NCBI GenBank assembly: GCA_964406665.1
Contig: CAYOSQ010000003.1
Location: 186,558 to 250,557, forward strand
Reading direction: 5' to 3'
Length of the DNA stretch: 64,000 nucleotides
From: an uncultured Planctomycetia bacterium
GTDB lineage: Bacteria > Omnitrophota > Gorgyraeia > VGKH01 > JBHPFN01
A program made the position numbers and the translations under genes. The notes under the pieces were generated by a model. It was not told the origin of the DNA and ran no database searches. It saw nothing but the letters and a program-made list of their open reading frames with translations. This document shows, piece after piece, positions 20,837 through 31,231 of this stretch (its first letter is position 1; each line of letters starts with the position of its first letter).

Positions 20837-21208
20837 ATGAGCCGCATAGATAAACTGAATGAAGCGTTTAAGAGACAAATTAGCAATATCATTTCTAATG
20901 AGTTGGAAGATCCCCGGTTAGAATTTGTTACTATTAACCGGGTTGAGGTTACAAAAGATCTAAGTTATGCTAGGGTGTATTTTAGCGTTTTTGGAAATAA
21001 GATTAAACAAGAGAAAGCTGAGGCTGGTTTACTTGGTGCAGCAAAATATATGAGAAGGCTTCTTGGTAAGTTGATGGACTTAAGGAAAATACCAGAGTTA
21101 ATTTTTTTAATGGATATCTCAACAGAATATAGTATACAAATTACAAAAGAACTTGAAAGGATTGAGAATGAGCGTAAAGAAAGTAGTTCAAGCGATAAAG
21201 AAGCATAA
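20837..21208 (+). CDS. rbfA: Ribosome-binding factor A
   Basis: RLEFVTINRVEVTKDLSYARVYFSV motif. Confidence 0.9.
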   Translation: MSRIDKLNEAFKRQISNIISNELEDPRLEFVTINRVEVTKDLSYARVYFSVFGNKIKQEKAEAGLLGAAKYMRRLLGKLMDLRKIPELIFLMDISTEYSIQITKELERIENERKESSSSDKEA

Positions 21209-22118
21209 AAGTTTTCTTATCAGTGCACATGTTGATTTAGAAGGAGATGCGCTTGGTTCCGAGATTGCACTTGCCTATCTTCTGAAAAAACTTAAAAAGA
21301 AAGCATTTATAGTCAATCAGGATGGCGTGCCAGAGTGTTACAAGTTTTTACCAGGTAGAAATATGATAGTAAAAGGAAGGAATATCCCGTTTTTTGATAC
21401 GGCTCTAATTGTAGACTGTTCTGATTTACGCCGCATCGGAAAAGTTAAAGGCTCTATCGCTGAGGATAAGTTTATTATTAATATTGATCACCACTTAAGC
21501 AATGAAAAGTTTGGCCATGTAAATTGGGTGGATGATAAAGCATCGTCTGCATCAGAGATGATTTATAGATTATATAAAGAGTTTAACTTGTCAGTTCCCA
21601 AAGATGCTGCCTTGGCTTTGTATGCAGGAATTTCTACTGATACCGGATTTTTCAAATATTCTAATACCAGGGCACTGACTCACAAAATTACTTCAGAATT
21701 ACTTAATCATGGTTTTGATAGTTACAAAGTATATAAAACTATTTATCAGAATATTCCTTTAGCTGATATGCGCTCGGTTGCTGATATAATCAGTGGTTTT
21801 AAAACAGATGGCGCAAATAAAATTGCCTGGGTAAGCATTAGTAAGAAAGCCGGAGAAGGAATTCTTAAAGGTGAGCTAACTGATATGATTTTTGGATTTT
21901 TGCGTTCTATAAAAGATATTGAAGTAGCTGTTATTTTTAGAGAGAAAGGCAAGGCAGTTACAAAAGTTAATTTACGTGCGCAGGGAAAGGTTAATGTGGG
22001 GAAACTTGCTGTCAGTTTCGGCGGAGGCGGACATAAAAACGCAAGTGGGTTTAGTCTTAATAAGAATATAATCACAGCAAGAAAGCTAGTGCTTTCAAAG
22101 ATAAAGAATCTTATTTAA
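21153..22118 (+). CDS. nrnA: DHH-family bifunctional oligoribonuclease / pAp phosphatase
   Basis: DHH (IDHH) and DHHA1 (GGGH) motifs. Confidence 0.8.
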   Translation: MKGLRMSVKKVVQAIKKHKSFLISAHVDLEGDALGSEIALAYLLKKLKKKAFIVNQDGVPECYKFLPGRNMIVKGRNIPFFDTALIVDCSDLRRIGKVKGSIAEDKFIINIDHHLSNEKFGHVNWVDDKASSASEMIYRLYKEFNLSVPKDAALALYAGISTDTGFFKYSNTRALTHKITSELLNHGFDSYKVYKTIYQNIPLADMRSVADIISGFKTDGANKIAWVSISKKAGEGILKGELTDMIFGFLRSIKDIEVAVIFREKGKAVTKVNLRAQGKVNVGKLAVSFGGGGHKNASGFSLNKNIITARKLVLSKIKNLI

Positions 22119-22124
22119 ATAAAT

Positions 22125-22790
22125 ATGCTAGAAGGTATCCTTGTAGTAGATAAGCCAGGTGGAATTACATCTCATGATGTGGTTGATGTTGCCCGGGAAA
22201 GGTTAGGTATCAGAAGGGTTGGCCATGCCGGCACGCTGGACCCTATTGCAACTGGAGTTTTGGTTTTGTTAATCGGGAAGGCGACAAAGCTTTTTTCTAG
22301 ATTTCAGGATTTTCCCAAGGAATATGAGGCAACTCTTACTTTAGGAAAAACTACTACAACAGGTGATATTGAGGGTAAGCTTGTTGAGGAATCTGAGTAT
22401 GAAAATATTTCTCAAGAGAAAGCCGAAGAAACATTCTCTAATTTTATGGGAAATAGAGAACAAATACCTCCGATGGTTTCAGCAATTAAACATAACGGCC
22501 GCAGATTATATAAGCTGGCCAGAGAAGGAGTAAGCGTTCCCAGGAAAGCGCGAAACATTACCATTTATGAATTAAAGATAGATAAATTCTATTTACCAAA
22601 TATTGATTTTTATACTAAGTGTTCCAAGGGAACTTATATACGTCAGCTGGGTGAGGATATTGCCTTAGAATTAAATTCCGGTGGGCATATCTCAAGAATA
22701 AGACGTGTCGGGATAGGTCCGTTTGGTATCGAAGATGCAGTAGATTTGGAAGGGATAAATGAAAGTCGCATTCGCAGCTGGAAAGATTAA
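22125..22790 (+). CDS. truB: tRNA pseudouridine(55) synthase
   Basis: VDKPGGITSHDVV ... GHAGTLDP. Confidence 0.9.
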   Translation: MLEGILVVDKPGGITSHDVVDVARERLGIRRVGHAGTLDPIATGVLVLLIGKATKLFSRFQDFPKEYEATLTLGKTTTTGDIEGKLVEESEYENISQEKAEETFSNFMGNREQIPPMVSAIKHNGRRLYKLAREGVSVPRKARNITIYELKIDKFYLPNIDFYTKCSKGTYIRQLGEDIALELNSGGHISRIRRVGIGPFGIEDAVDLEGINESRIRSWKD

Positions 22791-23697
22791 AAGCAAGACA
22801 AAAAAGCGCATTCTAACTTTAGGTATATTCGACGGAGTGCACAAGGGGCACATCCGTTTGATAAAAGATGTTGTTATGCGTGCACGTAACTGCAAAGGGA
22901 TTAGTGTTGCGCTTACTTTTTATCCGCATCCTTATCATATACTGAAGCCAAAGAAATATCTTCCGCTTTTAATTTCTCTTGAGCATCGCGTTGACTTGAT
23001 TCGCTCTTTAGGGGTGGATGTTTGTTTGGTTCAAGAGTTTACTGATAAGTTTTCTAATACTTCTGCAGTAGAGTTTGTTGAAAATTCCGTGATAAAAAAA
23101 GTAAGGCCAGATGAAATAATCGTGGGAAGTGATTTTAGTTTTGGAAAAAAAAGAGAAGGAAACATTGATTTGTTAAAGACACTAGCAGAAAAATATAATT
23201 TTAAACTTAAAGTAATTGAGCCGGTAAAAATCGGACATAAAGTTGTAAGTAGTACATTAATTAGAAAATTTATTCAGGATGGTAATTTGAAACAGGCTGC
23301 TTTATTTTTATCTCGTAAGGTAAGTGTTGTCGGTAAGGTTATCGAAGGTAAAAAGAGAGGAAGGATTTTAGGTTTCCCTACAGCAAATATTGATTGTGGT
23401 CCTGAAGTTGTTCCTCCGCGCGGTGTTTATTTAGTTAAGGTAATCATCAAGAGAAAAAAATATTTTGGAATTGCCAATATCGGATTTTGCCCATCTTTTA
23501 AAAATTCTTGCCCTAGAGTTTCAACAGAGGTTCATGTTTTTAATTTCAAAGGAAACATGTACGGGGCAATTGTTGAAATAGAATTTTTAAAAAAGATTAG
23601 AGATGAAAAAAGATTTTCTTCCCAAGAAGCCCTAGCCAGTCAAATTAGAAAAGATGAGAAAAAGGCGAAAGGCATCATAAAATATCTGCAGTTATAA
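22759..23697 (+). CDS. ribF: Bifunctional riboflavin kinase / FAD synthetase
   Basis: GIFDGVHKGH nucleotidyltransferase motif and a C-terminal riboflavin kinase domain. Confidence 0.9.
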   Translation: MKVAFAAGKIKSKTKKRILTLGIFDGVHKGHIRLIKDVVMRARNCKGISVALTFYPHPYHILKPKKYLPLLISLEHRVDLIRSLGVDVCLVQEFTDKFSNTSAVEFVENSVIKKVRPDEIIVGSDFSFGKKREGNIDLLKTLAEKYNFKLKVIEPVKIGHKVVSSTLIRKFIQDGNLKQAALFLSRKVSVVGKVIEGKKRGRILGFPTANIDCGPEVVPPRGVYLVKVIIKRKKYFGIANIGFCPSFKNSCPRVSTEVHVFNFKGNMYGAIVEIEFLKKIRDEKRFSSQEALASQIRKDEKKAKGIIKYLQL

Positions 23698-23798
23698 GAA
23701 TTTTTTCCGCATTCACATTAATTACATACCACATATAGCTTCGACACACTTTTTTAACACAATTTGTTGTGTTTCATAAAAATAGGGAAATTTTGCCC

Positions 23799-23827
23799 TT
23801 GACAAAGTGGTTCAATTTATGTATAGT
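23799..23827 (+). promoter_or_regulatory. Pmra promoter of the dcw cluster
   Basis: ttgaca (23799-23804), 17 nt, then tatagt (23822-23827). Confidence 0.6.
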
Positions 23828-23836
23828 AAACATACA

Positions 23837-23862
23837 AAGTGGCATAAAGTGGGGCGAAGTGG
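23837..23862 (+). promoter_or_regulatory. MraZ-box direct repeats
   Basis: AAGTGG at 23837, 23847 and 23857 on an exact 10-bp register, with a fourth copy at 23805. This matches the GTGG direct-repeat operator MraZ is known to bind. Confidence 0.55.
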
Positions 23863-23879
23863 TTTAGGATAAAAAAACT

Positions 23880-24314
23880 ATGTTTTACGGTGAATATAAA
23901 CATACGATTGACCGAAAAGGGCGGATTGTCCTTCCTTCCAAATTTCGTGAATCGGCTAAAGTCGGATTCGTGGAAAAATTCTATATTACCCGCGGTTTAG
24001 ATAAATGTCTTTTTATGTTTGCTGAAGACGAATGGCGAACACAGGAACAGAAATTTAAAACAATGTCTTTTACCAAACAGGAATCTAGAAAGTTTAACCG
24101 TCTTTATTTTTCTGGTGCAGTTGAAATTATTCCTGATGGTCAGGGAAGAATATTACTACCGGTATATTTAAAAGATTTTGCCGATATAAAGAGAGACGTC
24201 GTCATCATCGGAGTCTCTAACCGAATTGAAATTTGGAGTAAAAAGTTATGGGAAGATTTTTATGCTTCCTCAAAAGATTCTTTTGAGGACATAGCGGAGA
24301 AACTAATTGAATAG
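23880..24314 (+). CDS. mraZ: Transcriptional regulator MraZ
   Basis: Duplicated MraZ domains (DRKGRIVLP), first gene of the dcw cluster. Confidence 0.9.
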   Translation: MFYGEYKHTIDRKGRIVLPSKFRESAKVGFVEKFYITRGLDKCLFMFAEDEWRTQEQKFKTMSFTKQESRKFNRLYFSGAVEIIPDGQGRILLPVYLKDFADIKRDVVIIGVSNRIEIWSKKLWEDFYASSKDSFEDIAEKLIE

Positions 24315-25206
24315 TATGGCTATAATGCACAAACCAGTAATGATACAAGAGACAATGGAGAACCTAAATCTTAGGCCAGGTCAGACTGTGCTCGATTGTA
24401 CTTTAGGTACCGGCGGACATGCAGAAGAAATTTTAAAGTGTATCACTCCGGGAGGTAAACTAATCGCAATTGATAGGGATAAAGATTCTATTGATTTAGC
24501 AGCTGAGAGATTAGGCCGGTTTGAAGGTTCTTTTGAACTTATCTGTGACGACTTTAGAAATATCGACAGCATAATGAGAACTGCGGAAATTGAAAAAGTT
24601 GACGCCATATTTTTTGACTTAGGGATTTCTAGTTATCAACTTGAAAACCCTGAGAGAGGATTTAGTTTTATGAGAGAAGGTCCTTTGGATATGCGCATGG
24701 ATAGGAGTAGTTATATTTCAGCTTATGATCTTATCAATTCTCTTTCTGAGACAGAGCTCTCAGGAATTTTGAGAACTTTCGGTCAGGAACGTTGGCATAA
24801 CCGTATCGCTAGAGTTCTTATAAGAGAGAGAAGCATAAGGCCGATAGCTACTACCAGAGAGCTTTCAGAAGTTGTTATGAAGGCTGTTCCACATGGCAGG
24901 GGTTATTCAAAAATTCATCCTGCAACAAGAACATTTATGGCTTTTCGTATCGCAGTAAATCGTGAACTGGAGGCATTAGATTCAGCGCTGAATAAAAGCA
25001 TTGGTTATCTTAAGAAAGGTGGCCGGATTGTAGCTATAGCATTTCATTCTTTGGAAGATAGGATTGTAAAAGTGAAATTCCGAACATGCTCTAAAGAAAA
25101 CCAATTGATCCTTTTAACAAAAAAGCCTTTAAGGGCAACACCAGAAGAAATGCACGATAATGCTCGCTCTCGTAGCGCCAGGCTAAGGGCGGCTGAAAGG
25201 ATATAG
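24307..25206 (+). CDS. rsmH: 16S rRNA (cytosine1402-N4)-methyltransferase
   Basis: DCTLGTGGH and DLGISS motifs. Confidence 0.9.
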   Translation: MNSMAIMHKPVMIQETMENLNLRPGQTVLDCTLGTGGHAEEILKCITPGGKLIAIDRDKDSIDLAAERLGRFEGSFELICDDFRNIDSIMRTAEIEKVDAIFFDLGISSYQLENPERGFSFMREGPLDMRMDRSSYISAYDLINSLSETELSGILRTFGQERWHNRIARVLIRERSIRPIATTRELSEVVMKAVPHGRGYSKIHPATRTFMAFRIAVNRELEALDSALNKSIGYLKKGGRIVAIAFHSLEDRIVKVKFRTCSKENQLILLTKKPLRATPEEMHDNARSRSARLRAAERI

Positions 25207-25596
25207 ATGCGACTATCGAGATTTTTGAATTTGTTGTTGATTGTAACTGTAATGGCGTTGGTTTTTGTGCAGTTGCAGGTTGAGATAGTCAAGCTTGCCT
25301 ATGCTTGCAAAGACGAAGAAACTTCTATGAATAAGTTGCTTGATGATAAGGAAATATTGATGTATAATATCCATAAGTTAGAGTCAGCGGACAACATAGG
25401 GCAGATTCTTCTTTGCAAAGATTCAGATTTGAATTTTATCGAAAAGAGCCAACTGGCCGAGCTAAGGTTACCTGTGGGCTCAGGAAATAATTTCACTTAT
25501 CCGTCTGGAGGATTGAAGGCCAAGAGGCAGAACTTCGTTGCCAGACTTTTTAGCCTAAAATCACAGGCAGAAGCTACCGAAAGACTAAACAAATAA
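25207..25596 (+). CDS. ftsL: Cell division protein FtsL-like
   Basis: Single TM helix plus coiled coil, in the position between rsmH and ftsI. Confidence 0.6.
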   Translation: MRLSRFLNLLLIVTVMALVFVQLQVEIVKLAYACKDEETSMNKLLDDKEILMYNIHKLESADNIGQILLCKDSDLNFIEKSQLAELRLPVGSGNNFTYPSGGLKAKRQNFVARLFSLKSQAEATERLNK

Positions 25597-25602
25597 AATA
25601 TT

Positions 25603-27285
25603 GTGTATATCAGAAAGTATAAATTCCGCCTCCAGGCGGTTTTTGTCCTCGTTTTATTCTCTCTAATCTTCCTTTTTGCAAAACTCATACTCATTCAAAT
25701 TTTCAAAGCTGATTATTTAGCTGGAATTGCCAAAAAACAGCACAATTTACTTCTAGAATTAAAACCTGATAGAGGCAATATCTATGATCGTAACATGCAC
25801 CCGCTATCATTAAATGTTCCATCACAATCTATGTATGTTGTTCCAGGCGAAGTAAAGAACAAAGAATCAGTAATTAAACAGTTTTCTAAACTACTGGGAT
25901 TAGATAAAGATTTCTTGCACGATAGATTAAATAGGAAGAAGTCTTTTATCTGGTTGGCAAGGAAATTGTCTCAGGATAAATATTTAGCGGTAAAAAGCCT
26001 GGGTATTAAAGGTATCGGCTTTAGAGAAGAGAGCAGCCGTTATTACCCTAATGGGCATCTAACTTCGCATGTAATAGGCTTTACCGGCATAGATCATTTT
26101 GGACTCGAAGGGCTTGAAAGACATTTTGATAAATATCTTAAAGGTGAATCTGGATGGTGTTTTATTATACGAGACGCTAAGCAGCAAGGATTGTTGTTGG
26201 AAAACGAACTGTTTCCTCCTAAAGATGGATATGATTTAGTTTTAACTATTGATGAGAATATCCAGTATATTGTAGAAAGAGAGCTTAATTGGGGTATAGA
26301 AAAATTTAAAGCCAAAGGAGCAACGTTAGTAATGCTTGATCCTAAAACAGGAGAAATTTTAGCAATGGCTAACAGGCCTACCTACGATCCAAATAAGCTA
26401 ACAAGTTCACCAAAGGATTACAGACGTAATAGAGCAGTAACAGATTTCTTTGAACCAGGTTCTGTGTTTAAGATTGTAACTGCATCTGCTGCCTTAGAAG
26501 AAGGAGCCGTAACAGAAGAAGACGAATTTTTCTGCGAGAATGGTGAATACCGAGTTGCAAATCATATTTTACATGATCATAGACCACATGGAACTTTAAC
26601 TTTCAGAGAAGTTATTGAGCAATCCAGCAATATCGGAGTTTGCAAAGTCGCACAGCTTATCGGTCCTAACTCAATTTATAAATACATTAAGCTTTTTGGC
26701 TTTGGTGCTTTAACTGGCGTTGATTTGCCCGGTGAGGTAATCGGCATAACAAAGAAACCTTCTGTTTGGTCTAAGACTTCTATATCTGCAATTCCTATGG
26801 GGCAAGAAGTTACTGTAACAGCCCTGCAGCTTGTTAGGGCGATTTCTATAATAGCTAATGATGGAATAAGCATGAAGCCTTATGTTGTTAAAAAGATCAT
26901 GGACAAAAAAGGTGAACTTATAAAAGAGTTTTCTCCTGTTGAGACAGGAAGAGCTATTTCTTCAGATACTGCAAAGCGCATGCAAGATATTTTAACCGGT
27001 GTTGTGGAAAGAGGAACGGGACGTTGGGGTAAGCTAAAAGGTATTAATATTGCCGGTAAAACAGGAACTGCTCAAAAAGTTGTAGATGGGATGTATTCTC
27101 ATAGCAAGTTTATGGCAACTTTTATTGGATTTGTTTATGATGAAGAAGGACCAATTATCGCTATGTCAGTTGTGTTTGATGAGCCCAGGACTACGCATTT
27201 TGGCGGTACTGTTTCTGCTCCTGTATTTAAACGGATTGCTAAAGATACATTACGTTATTTAGAAAACAAAGAAAGAAGTAGATAG
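25603..27285 (+). CDS. ftsI: Peptidoglycan D,D-transpeptidase (PBP3)
   Basis: SVFK, SSN and KTGT transpeptidase motifs. Confidence 0.9.
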   Translation: MYIRKYKFRLQAVFVLVLFSLIFLFAKLILIQIFKADYLAGIAKKQHNLLLELKPDRGNIYDRNMHPLSLNVPSQSMYVVPGEVKNKESVIKQFSKLLGLDKDFLHDRLNRKKSFIWLARKLSQDKYLAVKSLGIKGIGFREESSRYYPNGHLTSHVIGFTGIDHFGLEGLERHFDKYLKGESGWCFIIRDAKQQGLLLENELFPPKDGYDLVLTIDENIQYIVERELNWGIEKFKAKGATLVMLDPKTGEILAMANRPTYDPNKLTSSPKDYRRNRAVTDFFEPGSVFKIVTASAALEEGAVTEEDEFFCENGEYRVANHILHDHRPHGTLTFREVIEQSSNIGVCKVAQLIGPNSIYKYIKLFGFGALTGVDLPGEVIGITKKPSVWSKTSISAIPMGQEVTVTALQLVRAISIIANDGISMKPYVVKKIMDKKGELIKEFSPVETGRAISSDTAKRMQDILTGVVERGTGRWGKLKGINIAGKTGTAQKVVDGMYSHSKFMATFIGFVYDEEGPIIAMSVVFDEPRTTHFGGTVSAPVFKRIAKDTLRYLENKERSR

Positions 27286-27291
27286 TTAACA

Positions 27292-28776
27292 ATGAAATTA
27301 AGAGAGTTAATACCCATATTGGTTATCAAAGAAAAAAAGAAATTTCTGGATTTGAATATTTCCGGAGTAACTTGTGATTCTAGGTTTGTTAAGAAAAATT
27401 TTATATTTGTGGCAATTAGAGGAACAGATGCCAACGGAGAGAAATTTATTGATCAGGCAATTAAAAATGGTGCGAAAGTTATAATTTTAAGAAGTAAATC
27501 GAATAAAATCAAAGCAGCAGTTTGTTTCGGTGTATTATTTATTGAAGTTAAAAGTCCACGCAAAACACTTTCTGAACTTTCTGCAAAAATATGTGCAAAT
27601 CCATCTAGTAAAATCAAGGTTATCGGTATAACCGGTACAAACGGTAAGACCACAGTATCTTTTCTAATAGAGTCAATATTGAAGCGTGCTGGTTTTTCAA
27701 CTGGTCTTTTGGGCACAATAAAATACAAATCCGGAAAAAAAGTACAAAAATCTTCTAATACTACTCCGGGGCCAGAATGCGTGCAATCTCTTTTGGCAAA
27801 GATGGTAAGAGAAAAAACAGATTATTGCATTATGGAAGTATCATCTCATGCGCTTGATCAAGACAGAGTGGCAGATGTGGATTTTAGATCAGCAATATTT
27901 ACAAATCTTACCAGAGATCATTTAGATTACCATAAAACTTTTAGTAAATATCTGTTAGCAAAATCAAAATTATTCAAGTGTCTTAGAAAATCATCAAAGG
28001 CATTTATTAATTTAGATAGTCCTTCTGCAGGAAAAATAGTAAAAGGCACACCAGCCAAAATTACTACCTATGGCTTAACTGAGAATTGCGACATAAAGGC
28101 AAAAGATGTTGAACTTAGCTTCTGGGGCATTATCTGTAACATAAGTACACACCAGGGAAGTTTTCCTATAAAGACGAAATTAATCGGTGTGCATAATTTA
28201 TATAACATTTTGGCAGCAGTAAGTTTCTGTTTGAAGGAAGGTATAGATTCTGACATAATAAAGGATACTTTGGTTAACTTTCGGGGAGTTCCGGGTAGGC
28301 TTGAACCGGTTGAATGCGGCCAGCCGTTTAAGGTATTTATTGATTACGCCCATACTGATGATGCATTAAAGAATGTGTTGGAAAGTCTAGCAATAATTGA
28401 TAAAAGAAAAATTATTGTTGTGTTTGGTTGTGGTGGAGATCGAGATAAAACTAAGCGACCTAAAATGGGCAAAGTCGCAAGCGAACTTGCTGATGAATTT
28501 ATCTTAACTAACGATAATCCGCGTAGCGAGGTTCCCAGGAAAATTGTAAAAGATATTGAAAAGGGGATTCCTAAAAAGTTTAAAAATTATTGTGTAATTT
28601 TAGATAGGGCTAAAGCGATAAAAAAAGCAATGCTTAGGGCCAAGAAAAGTGATGTAGTTTTAATAGCCGGTAAAGGTCATGAAAATTATCAGGTTATGAA
28701 GGATGGAAAGTTTTTGTTCAGTGATAAAAAAGAAACAAAACGCATACTTAAATGTTTAAAACAGAAGAAATCTTAA
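27292..28776 (+). CDS. murE: UDP-MurNAc-L-Ala-D-Glu--2,6-diaminopimelate ligase
   Basis: GITGTNGKTT; the DNPRSE motif indicates meso-DAP specificity. Confidence 0.9.
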   Translation: MKLRELIPILVIKEKKKFLDLNISGVTCDSRFVKKNFIFVAIRGTDANGEKFIDQAIKNGAKVIILRSKSNKIKAAVCFGVLFIEVKSPRKTLSELSAKICANPSSKIKVIGITGTNGKTTVSFLIESILKRAGFSTGLLGTIKYKSGKKVQKSSNTTPGPECVQSLLAKMVREKTDYCIMEVSSHALDQDRVADVDFRSAIFTNLTRDHLDYHKTFSKYLLAKSKLFKCLRKSSKAFINLDSPSAGKIVKGTPAKITTYGLTENCDIKAKDVELSFWGIICNISTHQGSFPIKTKLIGVHNLYNILAAVSFCLKEGIDSDIIKDTLVNFRGVPGRLEPVECGQPFKVFIDYAHTDDALKNVLESLAIIDKRKIIVVFGCGGDRDKTKRPKMGKVASELADEFILTNDNPRSEVPRKIVKDIEKGIPKKFKNYCVILDRAKAIKKAMLRAKKSDVVLIAGKGHENYQVMKDGKFLFSDKKETKRILKCLKQKKS

Positions 28777-30137
28777 AAGCAACTAGCGGAAAAATTATCA
28801 GCGGGAATGCTAATATCAGTATAAAAGGTATTTCTACGGATACAAGAACCATAAAGCCTGGTGAAATTTTCTTGGTGTTAAGCGGAAAAAACTTTGACGG
28901 GCATAATTTTATTAAAGCTGCGTTAATGAAAGGTGCTTGTGGTGTAATGGTAGAAAAAAATCCTAAGTTTAAATTGCCCGATAGATTTTTGTTGATTAAG
29001 GTAAAAAGTACGCTTGATGCTTTAGGGGCAATTGCAAACCTTCACCGTAAGCGTTTTAACATAAAAATAATTGCAATTACCGGAAGCAACGGAAAAACTA
29101 CAGCTAAGGATATGGCGGCACATTTGCTCTCTAGAAAATATAAGGTTTTGAAAACTGAAGGAACTAAAAATAATCAGATAGGAGTTCCCCAGACTTTATT
29201 GAAATTAAATAAGAGTTTTGATGTTGCTGTTTTAGAATTAGGCACAAACCGTTACGGCGAAATAGAAGCACTTTCTAAAATTGTTATGCCGGATATCGGC
29301 ATAATCACGAATATAGCCCTATCTCATATTAAATGCTTGAAAAATTTAGCCGGTGTGTATAGAGAGAAGATTTCTTTGTGTAAAGGCTTAAAGAAAAAAG
29401 GATGTTTAATTTTCAATGCTGATGATAAATACTTAAGAAATATCAAAAAACTAAAAAGGATAAACAAGAAACTCCCTTTTACAATAAATGAGAAAAGCAA
29501 ATTCAAAGCAAGCAGAATTAAAAAAGAAAAAAGCAGTCTCAGTTTTTTACTTAATGGAAAAATTCGTCTTAAGATAAATTCTTTGGCAGAGCATAATATT
29601 TATAATGCACTTGCTGTAGTGGCATCTGTTCGAGAATTGGGAGTATCTTATAAAGAGATTAAATTAATTCTAAATGAATTCCGCTTTCCTCAGGGAAGGG
29701 TTTCATCAACTAATTTAAAGAAAGTAAGTATTGTTGATGACACGTATAACTCAAATCCGCTGTCTTTAAAAAGCTCTATAGATTTACTCTGTCAATATAA
29801 TGGCAGAAGAAAAATATTAGTCTGTGCAGATATGTTAGAGTTAGGTGTTCAGTCTCGAACGCTTCATTCTGCAATTGGTAAAAAAATCGCAAATTCTAAT
29901 ATTGATATTTTGTTTACCCTGGGAAATTTGTCTAAAGAAATTCATCGTGCAGCGAAGAAGAGATCAAGAGGTTATGAGCAGATCAATCATTGCCGCAGCC
30001 ACAGTGATGTAGTCGATAAGCTGGTTAAAATATTGAAATCTAATGATGTTATACTGGTAAAGGGTTCTCGGTCAATGAAAATGGAAAAAGTTATTGAAGG
30101 GCTTAAGCAAAAACTTAAGAAAAATAAGGCGAGGTAA
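28752..30137 (+). CDS. murF: UDP-MurNAc-tripeptide--D-alanyl-D-alanine ligase
   Basis: Mur ligase motifs (ITGSNGKTT), positioned after murE. Confidence 0.9.
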   Translation: MFKTEEILKATSGKIISGNANISIKGISTDTRTIKPGEIFLVLSGKNFDGHNFIKAALMKGACGVMVEKNPKFKLPDRFLLIKVKSTLDALGAIANLHRKRFNIKIIAITGSNGKTTAKDMAAHLLSRKYKVLKTEGTKNNQIGVPQTLLKLNKSFDVAVLELGTNRYGEIEALSKIVMPDIGIITNIALSHIKCLKNLAGVYREKISLCKGLKKKGCLIFNADDKYLRNIKKLKRINKKLPFTINEKSKFKASRIKKEKSSLSFLLNGKIRLKINSLAEHNIYNALAVVASVRELGVSYKEIKLILNEFRFPQGRVSSTNLKKVSIVDDTYNSNPLSLKSSIDLLCQYNGRRKILVCADMLELGVQSRTLHSAIGKKIANSNIDILFTLGNLSKEIHRAAKKRSRGYEQINHCRSHSDVVDKLVKILKSNDVILVKGSRSMKMEKVIEGLKQKLKKNKAR

Positions 30138-30139
30138 GA

Positions 30140-31228
30140 ATGTTATATTATTTGTTATATCCTTTAAGAGACTTGTTTATTGGTTTTAATGTTTTCCGCT
30201 ATATTACTTTCCGTTCTGCAATGGCGGTAGTAACTACTTTTTTGTTAAGCGTTATCATCGGACCGTTTATTATTAAGAAATTAACTGCTTTTGGTATATG
30301 CCAGCAAGTGAGAAAAGACAAGGATAATATTTCTTATCCTGAACATCAGCATAAACAAGGTACTCCTACAATGGGTGGGATTATAATACTTTTAAGTATT
30401 TTTGTCGCTGTTTTGCTTTGGGCTGATATCAAGAATATTTATATACAGCTTACGCTTTTTACCAGTGTTTGGTTAGGTTTGCTGGGATTTATTGATGATT
30501 ATATTATGATTAAAAATAAACGCTCTAAGGGATTAACTGCCCGGGCAAAATTGTTCTGGCAGGCGGCCTTAGGTGTTATTATCGGTACGATTCTGTATTT
30601 GAATCCAGAATTTAGCACTACACTTGACGTTCCTTTCTTTAAAAATATTATTTTTGATCTTGGTATATTATTTATTCTTTATACTGTTATAGTTTTACTC
30701 AGTACTTCAAATGCTGTAAATTTAACTGACGGATTGGACGGCTTAGCCATCGGTTGTGTGATTGCGGTTGCGGTTAGTTTTAGCATATTAAGCTATATAA
30801 CCGGACACGTTAAATTAAGCGAATATTTATTAGTTCCCTATATTGCTGATGTCGGTGAGTTAGCTGTTTTTTGTTCAGCGATTATTGGTGCTGGATTAGG
30901 ATTTCTTTGGTTTAACTGTCATCCTGCAGAGGTATTTATGGGTGATGTAGGTTCTTTATCTTTAGGCGGAATGTTGGGGGTAATCGCGATTTTTATCAAT
31001 AAAGGTCTTTTGCTAATTATTGTAGGAGGAATTTTTGTCGCTGAGGCATTTTCTGTAATACTTCAGGTAGGTTCGTTTAAGCTTAGAAAAAAAAGAATTT
31101 TTAAAATGTCACCTTTGCATCATCATTTTGAAAAAATGGGCTGGGATGAATCTAAGGTTATTATTCGGTTTTGGATTGTGGCTTTGATACTTGCTTTGAT
31201 AACATTAGCTACTTTAAAGATTCGTTAA
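30140..31228 (+). CDS. mraY: Phospho-N-acetylmuramoyl-pentapeptide transferase
   Basis: Polytopic membrane protein with NAVNLTDGLDGLA and HHHFE motifs. Confidence 0.95.
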   Translation: MLYYLLYPLRDLFIGFNVFRYITFRSAMAVVTTFLLSVIIGPFIIKKLTAFGICQQVRKDKDNISYPEHQHKQGTPTMGGIIILLSIFVAVLLWADIKNIYIQLTLFTSVWLGLLGFIDDYIMIKNKRSKGLTARAKLFWQAALGVIIGTILYLNPEFSTTLDVPFFKNIIFDLGILFILYTVIVLLSTSNAVNLTDGLDGLAIGCVIAVAVSFSILSYITGHVKLSEYLLVPYIADVGELAVFCSAIIGAGLGFLWFNCHPAEVFMGDVGSLSLGGMLGVIAIFINKGLLLIIVGGIFVAEAFSVILQVGSFKLRKKRIFKMSPLHHHFEKMGWDESKVIIRFWIVALILALITLATLKIR

Positions 31229-31231
31229 ATT

